This document shows positions 23,651-33,877 of a stretch of DNA of 64,000 nt, piece after piece. Source of the DNA: Epithemia pelagica (lineage: Eukaryota > Protista > Bacillariophyta). The first letter of the stretch is position 1; the number at the start of each line of letters is the position of its first letter. The stretch covers positions 434,001 through 498,000 of the forward strand of contig OX337230.1 in assembly GCA_946965045.2 (NCBI GenBank). Reading direction: 5' to 3'. The notes under the pieces are model-generated. The model had not been told where the DNA came from. It saw nothing but the letters and a program-made list of their open reading frames with translations, and did not search any database. Made by a program: the position numbers and the translations under genes.

Positions 23651-24830
23651 CTGTATAATACGTACTTCCCGTTCCGGGTGGTCCCTTGATGAGGGTAAAG
23701 CCCCCTTCTCCATATTCATGAGCCGATGCCGCAATGGCTTGCAACTGTGAATCATTAAACTTTTTGGAGGCATAATCCATGAATCCTTTCCCCAAGGCTT
23801 CGGTACCTCCCATTTGTTCCAACAACAATTTGGGATTCTTCTTCCTTTTGGTGTTCAGTTGGGTCTTGCCACCTGCGTCGCTGGAGTCCGTCCGTGGTTG
23901 TGGTGGTTTTTTGGTGGTGGCATCGTCCAAATGTTCGGCCAACAGGTATCGTACCAAGGGCAATTGATGAACTTGCGTCAAGGCGGTAAATTCTCTCAAG
24001 GCCGTGACATTGCAGCCCAAAACGACCAAATACATGGCCACACCACCACTACTGCCCGTGCGGGACGACGAGGATGATGACGAGGATGTCGACGATGGAT
24101 GATGCACGGCATTGTACTGAATCCATTTCCGTCGACTGGCCTTAAGAATTAAATTGTCCCAATTGCCCTTGGTCCGCGTCACTTCGGCATGACCAACCAA
24201 GCCCAACGTGGTCAACGAGTCTTGTGGTTTCTTGTTGTTCTTGTGGTGGTTGCCAGTCTTGTGGTGGTGGTGGTGGTGATTGGGTCGTTCCATAAAGTCG
24301 GCCCGTTGGACCAACAAACACAAATCACCCGTCACCACGGGCGGCGTGCCACCACCACCACCACTCTTTCCATCGGGGTGGTTCCGTCCATACTGACTAT
24401 TATTATTTGTATTGTTGTTGCCAGGAGGATTGGTATTGGGATGGACTCGCAAATGGACGGCTTCTAGTTGCGCTTCCAAATGCAAGGCATCCCACGAAGC
24501 AGTTTGTGGACCCCGTTTCTTACTAGTGGTGTGGTGGTTGCCGCCGCGAAATTCTTGTTGCATGACTTCGACTCGCACCGCAAAAGCCGTCGTTCGTCGT
24601 TGTGAATTGGATTGAGGAGCCATGACTTCTTGCAAAATTTGAGCCCGACATTCGGCCATGACCAAGGGGGCCCACAAGGCAACGTATTGTTTGGAACTAA
24701 AAAAGACATTGGGTAAGGGACGTGAGGTCGAAAGCGCCGTGGTACTAGAGTCCAAGGCATCGTCGTCTTCTTGCTCGTTTCGTGTGGCATTTGGTTTGGG
24801 ATGGTTGCCATGTTGCTGTTGGGACGATGG

Positions 24831-24907
<77 letters not shown>

Positions 24908-24908
24908 G
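24831..24908. repeat. (TTG)26 microsatellite encoding poly-Gln in the helicase N-terminus
   Basis: Read directly. Confidence 0.95.
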
Positions 24909-26014
24909 CATGGTTTGGGCATAGTGCGTACAGAAATCCCATTGGCGCAATTGTTTCCAAAAATCGTCCGGTTCCAAGGTGGGAAAGGTATGGGCGGCCG
25001 CCGTTTGATTTTGTTGATTGGTCGAACTCAAATTCTGCACCAATTGGGCCAAGGAAGAACCACTCGTACCAGTAGCAGCAGTCGTCGCCGTGTTGGTTGT
25101 ATTGGTGGTTTGGGTCCTATTACTACGGACAGCCGCCTTTTTCTTGACCACGGTGGGCAAGGGCGACGAGGATGGGTAGTCCGAAGACGACGATGACGAC
25201 AATGCCTCCTTGGTCAGGTCCACCACGGTTTCTTCCCTTTGCTGTTGTTTCTGTTTTTGTGCCTTGAGGACCATCAAGGCGGCAGCTTGTTGTTGTTTGT
25301 GTTTGTTTTTGCTCTTGAGCAAGGTGGGACGACGAAAAGTGGGTGCCGTTGCCGCAGCGTCTGTTGTCGAAGACGAAGAAGAAGCAGCCGTGGCAGCCGC
25401 AGCCGCCGAGGGCTTATTGGTTGCCGTTTGCCGTTGCTGTCGCAGGGGTGGGAGGAGGCTGGACTTCGGGAGGCCGCGCTCGTTTCATTCCAAATTTCCC
25501 CAAGGCGGCAGCAGCAGCGGCAGCCGACGACGAAGAAGAAGACGTGAGGGACGGCGTTCGAGTCTTGGGAGTAGTGGTCGTGGAAGAGAGTGGAGCCCGG
25601 TGCGTCGTCGTGGAAGATGGTGGTGGTGCAGGAGTTCTATAACTGTTGTTGGTTGTCGAAGTTGCCGCCGTCGTTGTTGTGGTTGGTTGCAAGCGGGCCG
25701 CCAATTGACGTTGTCGTTGCAAGATTTCTCGTTCCTTGGCCGACAAGGACGAGGACGACGACGAAGGACGGCGGTGATTCATGATGGTGTGCTGGGTGAT
25801 TGTGTTGGGAGTTGGGCCCGCTTTGCGAATCTCGCACTGTTATTTTGGGGAAACCAAAAATCTCCTCCAGTAGAAGAATGAACCAGAGAGACTTGGTTTC
25901 GTTGCGTTTGCGCAAGGGACCGAGAACAACACACTCTCTCAAAGGATAATAGAGCAATGTCTTTGTTGGTTTGTTGGTTTGCCCGTTCGCTGTTGCTTTT
26001 GATGTGGTCTCTTC

Positions 26015-26485
26015 AGGGTGACCGTTTAGACAGTCTAAAATATTTCGGGTCTAAAATAAATCTATAAGTACTTTTAGACTGTATAAAATGTCTAAAACAG
26101 GGTCTAAAATCTCTCCGTGGTTTTGTACGGCGGAGCAATAACCCTAACCCTAGACAGTCAGCTACTAGGAGCGAGCATTGTCTATGACAACACATCCAGA
26201 GGACCTCATAGCTTCATCATCTAAGTTATTGGATGGGATGGATAACATTGTTCTTGCACTCTCTAAGCATGAGAGAGGATAACTGAGACCTTTCTTTGTT
26301 CATTGCGATGGCATTGAGATGAATGAGGCAGAATGGTCTCCTAGTCACGAAGTAGTGGCGGCGCTACTGAAGGGTTAAGGTTAAGAGTCTAAAAATTTTA
26401 TTTTAGACTCGACCTCTGTCTAAAATAATTATACCCTTTTAGACCGGGTCTAAAAGCGGGGGTATAATTAGACTCCGGTCACCCT
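26015..26485. mobile_element. Non-autonomous TIR element (MITE), 471 bp, 9-bp TSD
   Basis: TIR AGGGTGACCG...CGGTCACCCT; direct flank GGTCTCTTC at 26006-26014 and 26486-26494; many GTCTAAAA/TTTTAGAC subterminal motifs at both ends. Confidence 0.9.
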
Positions 26486-27005
26486 GGTCTCTTCATCTCT
26501 TGCGTTTGCGCGTGACTGTCACGCTCGCTCGTGCATGTCGGGGCGGGCGGGCCCGGGTATTCTTTAATCGGGGCAGGGTTTCGTCGGATAATAAATGCGA
26601 CTGTGGGTCGCGTTTTTATCGGACAGACCACTGACCACACATACATCATCGCTCACCTCGTCCACGTGAAAGAACAGGAAGCCACGTGGTATGACGTCGG
26701 CGCATCCCGATCCACAGAACGAAACAAACCATCACGCCGTGTTTCAACTTTCAACGTTGTTAAATATCTTTGAATGACTCCATAATATTGCGTTCTTGTG
26801 TTGTTACGAAGAGACGGTGTGATTAACTGTGGAGAGTCTCTCTGTCCAAGAGTCATCTTCTCGAACAAACAAGACGTCGAAGAAGAGAAGAGTCTGAGGC
26901 GCGCTGTGTTGTGTGGGTGTCGTTTGCTTCCTCATCACGTTGTTGCGGAAACTGGAGCGCGCCGCGGACTCCCCAAAACACAAAACGAAGTGCCACACAA
27001 TCATC

Positions 27006-29072
27006 ATGACAAGTGTTCGAACGACAAACCTGGTGGTGTGGTTCCACGTTCTAGTAGCCCTCCCACAAGCAGCCGCATGGTCCTTTTCCATTCCGAGACT
27101 CCACCACCAACGCCGCGTTGTGGTAGGACCCTCGCCACCCCTGATTCCAACAACACTGCTGCAAGCCATTCCATCTCCGTCCTTGGATCCAGATCAGGAG
27201 GACAATTACATGGAGTTTCCAAAACCGATACTTGATGTACGGGTATCGGATGCTCCGAACGAGCAGGTTCCTGCCATTCTGGATGCTGTGTGGCAGAAGG
27301 ACGAGCGGTGGACAGCCGCGTATCGCACGTTTGCTGACACGCAGCCTCAAGCCGCGGGGAAAGGCGTGGAGGTCACTCAAATGTCGCAAAGTCTACTCGA
27401 TGATGACACAGCTTCTCCTCACGTGGTTACTCGAAAAGAACAGAGGGATGTTGTCGAGTGCGCATTCCAGAAATCTCGGCGGTTGCTGCATGACGCCACG
27501 GTCACAATCACCGTACGCGGATCACCCGGTATCGGCAAGAGTTGGGCTTCCTTGATCTACATAAAAACACTCATGAACCAAGACGCAGAGCGACGAAGGC
27601 CAATCCTTTTTGAGAAGGGTCAGAATAATCAAAATCGTAGTTTGCTCTTGTTCATGTCAGAAGGCGACGAAGCCGCCGGTGCTGCGTGGACGGTTTATCG
27701 TCTCAAAGAAGGCATCAATCTACCAGCGGAGTGGCTCGACTGTTCCGTTCTCGACGTTGTGATCGACCCACCCTGGTTCCCTCCAACCGTGGAACCAACT
27801 CCGTCAAGACTTATAAGTTCACGTGGCCATCGCTTCATTCCCGTTTCTCTAGACGACCGACACCTCGGAAGCGCCTTCAAGGCCTCCAGCGAAATGACCG
27901 AACTAGTGCTCGGCCCTTGGGATCTGGAGGAACTGAAAGTGGCTTTCCCGTACATGGTGTTTAACGAACCGCTTAGAGTGTTTCAAACCAACAAGCCCAT
28001 CTTCGACAAGACGCTGTTCTTCATGGAAGAGAACTACTACATTTTGGGCGGACTGCCCCGTTATCTGAAAGACAACAACAAAAATAGAAAACGCATAGCT
28101 GAGATCACACCCGAAAAGGCTGAAACGCATGCTCCAGTGCTGCTCAATGCCTTGGCTCAAGGGACGTCTTTCTCTGATTCTACCTCCGAAAAACTATTAA
28201 CGCGTTTCTTCACACTTCGTGCCGGAGAAGATGAGAATGGATACAATCCCAACAGGTTGTATGCGACGCTTGATTTTGTCTCTCCAGGGGCGGCCAAGGC
28301 AGCAGGAAAGATTATTCTACAGAAGATTCATAAGGACATTATGTGGAGGAACCAACGTGATGCTTCTGATATCGGTCTCGCTTTTGAGCGAACTGTGCTC
28401 ATATTCTTGTCCCTTGGCGAAGCAGGAATGAGAAAGATCGGTATCAAAACCCGCTGTCGTAAGCTACTTGGCTCTGGGGTTGCTGGTACCGAACAAGGGG
28501 TGAACGTGTCCGAAAAACTTGATGAGAACAATGTCTTGTTTTCGACGACCGGAAACCATCCTTTCTACAAGATAAACGAATCCCCCGATGCTGCAGCATT
28601 TGAAGACACCGTAAAAGCGAATGGAAAGGGAATGGCGTATGAGGAGCGAAGCGACGCACTCCCAATGCTGAAATCATCGAAGTCATTGCATTTGCCTCCC
28701 GACGGATACTGTAACGTCGATGCGATGGTTGGGGCTGACCTTGGGCTTCAGACAACTTTACAAAAGACCCACACCGTATCAGGGCCCGAGTATATTCGCC
28801 AAAGGAAATCCTTTGGTCTTTCTGAAGATGATCCCTTTTCTCTGGTTTTTATTGTGCCACCCGAGCGGTTTGACAATGGTTGGAAGACTATTCAACAGTT
28901 CCACTGGAGTTCAGAGGCGGGTGAGGCAGCCACAAGCCGAAAGCGACGAAAGGTGGCTACAACAACAGGTGGGTCCATTTCCTCGAATGTGGCAACCATC
29001 TCAGAATCAGACAAGCGGAAAGCGCGTTCGTCAATCTGTCAGTATGTCATGACTCTTGAATTTGATAAATAA
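27006..29072 (+). CDS. Crinkler/RHS-type NTPase-nuclease, copy 2, with an N-terminal signal peptide plus transit-peptide-like extension
   Basis: MTSVRTTNLVVWFHVLVALPQAAA|WSFSIPRLHHQRR...LLQA is fused in frame to a core identical to copy 1 except D>E near the C-terminus. Confidence 0.75.
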   Translation: MTSVRTTNLVVWFHVLVALPQAAAWSFSIPRLHHQRRVVVGPSPPLIPTTLLQAIPSPSLDPDQEDNYMEFPKPILDVRVSDAPNEQVPAILDAVWQKDERWTAAYRTFADTQPQAAGKGVEVTQMSQSLLDDDTASPHVVTRKEQRDVVECAFQKSRRLLHDATVTITVRGSPGIGKSWASLIYIKTLMNQDAERRRPILFEKGQNNQNRSLLLFMSEGDEAAGAAWTVYRLKEGINLPAEWLDCSVLDVVIDPPWFPPTVEPTPSRLISSRGHRFIPVSLDDRHLGSAFKASSEMTELVLGPWDLEELKVAFPYMVFNEPLRVFQTNKPIFDKTLFFMEENYYILGGLPRYLKDNNKNRKRIAEITPEKAETHAPVLLNALAQGTSFSDSTSEKLLTRFFTLRAGEDENGYNPNRLYATLDFVSPGAAKAAGKIILQKIHKDIMWRNQRDASDIGLAFERTVLIFLSLGEAGMRKIGIKTRCRKLLGSGVAGTEQGVNVSEKLDENNVLFSTTGNHPFYKINESPDAAAFEDTVKANGKGMAYEERSDALPMLKSSKSLHLPPDGYCNVDAMVGADLGLQTTLQKTHTVSGPEYIRQRKSFGLSEDDPFSLVFIVPPERFDNGWKTIQQFHWSSEAGEAATSRKRRKVATTTGGSISSNVATISESDKRKARSSICQYVMTLEFDK

Positions 29073-30052
29073 TACAATGAACGTCCACCGCAAGAGTGTG
29101 TCTTGTGTCGCGAACATGCGAGTATAGCTGGGGTAGCAAGCTTATACCCGGCAACAAGACTCATCAATCACGAATGATGAGCGACGTAGATGTGAACGAA
29201 TGGATGGAATGACTCATCCAAAAGATATTGAAGAAAAGATCCAAGTGAATTTAGTGAGAATTTAGGACTAACATAATAGTGATTATCAGAATAAGTATCC
29301 TTTTACGGATTGCTCAATGGGAAAGAGACCGCCGTTCTTTTCCACTACTCGCAGGTTATGAGCCCAAGTATTACGCTGTAGAAGGTTTCCCAAGGTCGTA
29401 CGGTGACAAGGAAGTGAGTGCTCTGGCAAGATAGGACAGAGAGAAGGTGAGAACAATGGCGCGAGCAGAAGACTCGGCAAATGTTTCACCCGCTTCAGGT
29501 GCAGCACCGGCTAACACGGGAGACGATGAGGACTATCAAGACGCCTCAGCGGAAGATCAGACTGGAACCGACAATCGGGAATCCGACTTTGGATTCCGAG
29601 CACTCGACGAAACGCTTCAGGGTCTTAATGAGAGAGGACAGAGAAGAACAAGCGATGAAAACAATTCGGATAAGAGTTCAAAGAGCAATGACTACCCGTT
29701 AGATACAGATACCCAATTCATGGTTGGGGGACTGGCAGTTGAACTGGTGGAACCAGGTTCAAGGGGATATGGTGTCGCGGATCAAGGACCTCTATATCGG
29801 AAAGAGAACAGGGAGAAAATGTCCTCGGAGAAGAAGCAAGATCTCTTCAAGGAGGCCGTGAAGACATCGCAAACGAAATATACTTTCACGAGTATGAGTT
29901 TGACCGATGAAAAGAAATTGGATGAGTGTTACAACACTTCCATCATGATTTCCAAGACCAAGGACACGCATATGGTATACAATATGCATGACGTGTTCAC
30001 GATTGTGTTCCCCAAGTCGAAGGGATCCCGGAGTATCGAGTCTCGTACTGTA
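27209..30052 (+). repeat. Segmental duplication copy B
   Basis: See 3549-6392. Confidence 0.97.
29117..30052 (+). mobile_element. Second copy of the copia 5' end (LTR 29117-29353, PBS 29354-29366, gag start), interrupted at 30052
   Basis: Same GAACA left flank; identity with copy 1 stops after CGTACTGTA. Confidence 0.95.
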
Positions 30053-30500
30053 CACTGCAACTCCAAAGTCAACCGAATATCAACGAAATACCATGTTCAG
30101 TTGACCCTTCACTGAATATGATGATTCAAAATCCCCCCAACGCCAACGCTCTATTCAGTTGATGACTGCTTCAAATCAGTTAGAATTGCACCAATTCAAT
30201 CTATACTCAGTTGATATAACATATTCAGTTACAACAGTGATTATCATATTCAGTTAAATCCTTTCTTGTTCAACCATCAACGACATTTAATCAGTCCTCC
30301 TCATTGAATAGGACGTTATTCCTCGTACATAACTGATTATCCCTATATCATATTATCACCACACAGTTGATCTAACAGAATAATAGCACACTGATGAATC
30401 ACATCCCCGTCTCCCACATCTCTCGATCTATCTCGTCTTTCGATATTCATCTCTCCCTCTCTCTATATAAAAGTCATTCATGTTCAAATCAACTGTGACA
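30053..30500. repeat. Terminal CACTG plus subterminal (T)CAGTT(GA) motifs in both orientations
   Basis: About 10 copies, e.g. TTCAGTTGAC, TTCAGTTGAT, CTCAGTTGAT, TTCAGTTACA, TTCAGTTAAA, CACAGTTGAT; reverse GTCAACCGAAT, ATAACTGATT, ATCAACTGTG. Confidence 0.75.
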
Positions 30501-30550
30501 GCTCATCTTAATCCATATATTAACCACACGAGAACTATAAGATAAATGCT

Positions 30551-33320
30551 TCATGATCTTCTTGTCCTCATCGTCCGCCGTTTTGACGGTGCTTCCAACA
30601 AGTTTTTCTTGAACAAATCCGTATAGCACTGATTACAATATGCAAATTTGCACGGATGCTCGGCAAGTTTAGCATTTCGACACATCATACATGGATTCTT
30701 TTGATTTACCTTCAAGCCCCCATCTTCTCCAAATCGTTTCTTACATTTTTCACAAGTGGTCGGCCAGTTGTCGTTCTTGTCGTAATACTTCGTAGTAAAA
30801 TACGTAGAAGTATTTTCCGGGACCAACTGACACAGTTGATGATTGGCTAAAGGATCACATTTATTTTCATCGTCAACACACACTGTCGAATTGTCATCAC
30901 TCTTTTTCAAAATTAGAAGTCACATCCATTGTTAGTCCGTTACCAAATTCAAGTCTCACCATTCTTCTAAACCGACACTCACCTTTCTTTTCCTTGGTGA
31001 TGTCCTGGTCTAACAATAAGATATTCACAACAAATCCAATAATTGAGAGATCATTCGGCGCATCACTTCAAGAAGATCAACCTTTCCTTTTACGTACCTT
31101 CTCTTTTCTATTGGTATCGTCTTTGTTTTTTTTCTGTGAACCGCAAAGAATAGTTTTTCATGCACAATGAGTAGGTTTCAATCACACCCTTCCACCATTC
31201 GGATTCGTTCCACATACCTTCTTTGACGACCTTGATACACCTTGTTTGGACAAGGTATTGTCATTCATTACACTTTCCTGTGTAATGAATGTTTGACTAA
31301 TAGACGCCTCCTTCTGTGGTGTTGATGTATGTTCACATTCTTTTGCTATCGTCTCTTTCTCATCTGACTTCTTTTCTTTCGATCGTTCCTCATTTTTGCT
31401 TTCATAAGGAACATCATCCATTACCTTCTCAACTTCCGATGCAATAACCTTACTGCTTGTCCCACAGTGAACAACATTCATTACATTGTCACCAGACGAT
31501 GGAGCACTATTACTGCTCCTCTTCTTTGCAACGTCATCCGGGACCTTGTTGAACTCATGCAGAGCGGCGTTATCATCCCCTGTGTTTTTAACAACACCCT
31601 TCTCCTGTACACGTTTTGTTTTCTCCATATTCTTCTGAGTACTGCCATTTTCTTCGTCCTCTATGTCAGTATTCTTGTGGAATTTTGTCTGTACACCACT
31701 TTCGTTGCAACTTCCTGCCGTGTGACTTTCCATTTCGTTTAAACGACCGGCATCCACATTTTTCTTTTCATTACTTTTCTTGTCATTGCCCCTCAAAACA
31801 GTTTCATTCAACTGAGCCTCGTCGACGATTGCTTGTGTAGCACTGTTGTCCCCATCTTTCATTTCATCTTCACTATCCTCATCGAATATATCAACAACAC
31901 CCAACGGCATGAATTGTTCCACAGGCTCTGGATCAACTTCCGGACCATCTTGCTCCTCATTATGGTTTGTATTCGGACCCTCATTATTTTCCGTCAGATC
32001 TGAAATCTCGGCCGGATTTTTCTGCACAATCAACTCTTTTCCAGTAATTTCACTGTTACCTGGCTGGTCGTTCCGTTTTTGCACAAAACAAGTCGCCCAC
32101 AGGTGACGAACCATTGGAGGATCAATAGCAACGCCAATTTCGCTACTGAATATCTTGCTACACCATTCAAAATCTGGTGTTGCGCTTGTGACCTCGATCG
32201 TATTGCCTTCCACTGCTTGCTGTCAAAACATACGATATTGTTAGTCAACTTGAATTGATTCGGTGTCTGTTGAACAGTAATTGGCGTACCTTTTCCGATC
32301 GATGAACAACATAAAAGAAGCACGATTCGTTATATTGGACTCTTGTTTCATAATTATTGTCTTTGCATTGACCTTTCGTCAGAGTGATACACCAACCGGC
32401 CTTCCTCAACATGGGCATCATCAGGCTTGCCACCATTTGTGATTTCGCAGATCTACCGACGGCCGAAAATCCACCCCTGTCATTTGCAATTTTCCTCGTA
32501 CGCTTCCCATCAACCATCAATGGTTTCTATACCTCAGCCAAACACATCCCTTCCCGGAACAACCACATGTCGATAGCATTCGATAACCATCCTCTGTCTT
32601 TGTGAAAGAGATGCACTAGCTCAAACACCAATCTCTGATTGCTTTCATTGTTTTCTAAGGTCACGACGATGTTTTTGAAATCTTGTATGGAATGAGGAAA
32701 CGACGCTTTCCCCACCATCTTGAGATTCATTTCCTTGGCTTTTAGACGAATATCCTCTGAATACTTGAGAGTGATGAACTGACGAAGACTTTCACGAATC
32801 TCTTTAATTTCAGCCAACATCTTTTCCCCATCAGGCTCTTCAGTATCAGCTAATCCATCTTGACGTCTTGATTTTCTGTACATCCAGAGACGCTTAGCCT
32901 CTTCCGCATTTGCTGGACCTGCACCTGTCTTGTGGTTGAAGAAATCCCTTGGGTATTCAAGTAACTTCCTAGTTGGCTTTCGAGAAACACGACCGTCTTG
33001 TAGGGTATGTGCATCCTGGACGCTGTGACTATTGGGATCTGAATTGCGGCTGCCGCCCATGGTGGTTTCTATCTCATCCACCGTAACGGTGGCAATTTGC
33101 GATTCCATTTCTTGGTTGGTCGTTAGCTGGGTATTATAGACACGTCCATTACCAGAAGATACATGCGAAACGCTATTTTTGTTTTGTGCTAGTGACAAAC
33201 ATCGGTTTATTGATCCAATCACCGACGACATGGTCAATGATCCGTTCGTCCTTTTTGGCTGCACACAAACAGCACAATACTGTGGGGATGCAAATGGCAC
33301 CGATGTTTTAGGGTGTACTA
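30551..33320 (-). CDS. Multi-exon hypothetical gene with an acidic low-complexity middle and a Cys-rich C-terminal domain; in-frame TAG at 32527-32529
   Basis: Consecutive minus-strand ORFs (32527-33300, 32245-32520 in the same frame, 31182-32213, 30551-30910); probable GTACGC...AAGCAG intron near 32215-32285; C-terminal CEKC...CMMC...C..AYCNQCY. The exon structure is uncertain. Confidence 0.5.
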
Positions 33321-33877
33321 TATGAACGAGAGAAAAAGCATGCCTGCTATCTGTGTCGCGCCAGGATCTTGGAAGTAAACATGTACAACTAAGTAATACT
33401 ACATGACGGTTATATCTGTTTATGTCGATTTAAATTTTCGAAAGAATGATGCGAGAGCATGTGTAACATAACTCTAAGTACTGTTATTGTAAGCGCATGA
33501 CAACTCTAAGTAGTACTTTTCCAATAGGTCGTTTTCTTCGTAACGGTAAGTCTTCCTCTGTACATACATAGAGAGACTAAGATTTTCCGCACGCGTCCAT
33601 CCGATGGCATGGTCTACCTCCACATCCTTGTCCTACGTCATGTCTCACGGTAATAAACTATATGCCTGATACGATGTCTCGATGTCTGAAAGGTTGTTTA
33701 CATATCGATATGGTTTTGTGACTGAATACCGGATTAGAAATTATTGTAACATCATATACTGTATTATCATTGAGTTAAAACACTATGAGACATCTAATGG
33801 ATGTCTTATGGACAATATGGCCGGGGGCAACCTTTCATCCGTCTTTTTCTTGCCACCCGAGACCGCAATGAGTGACC

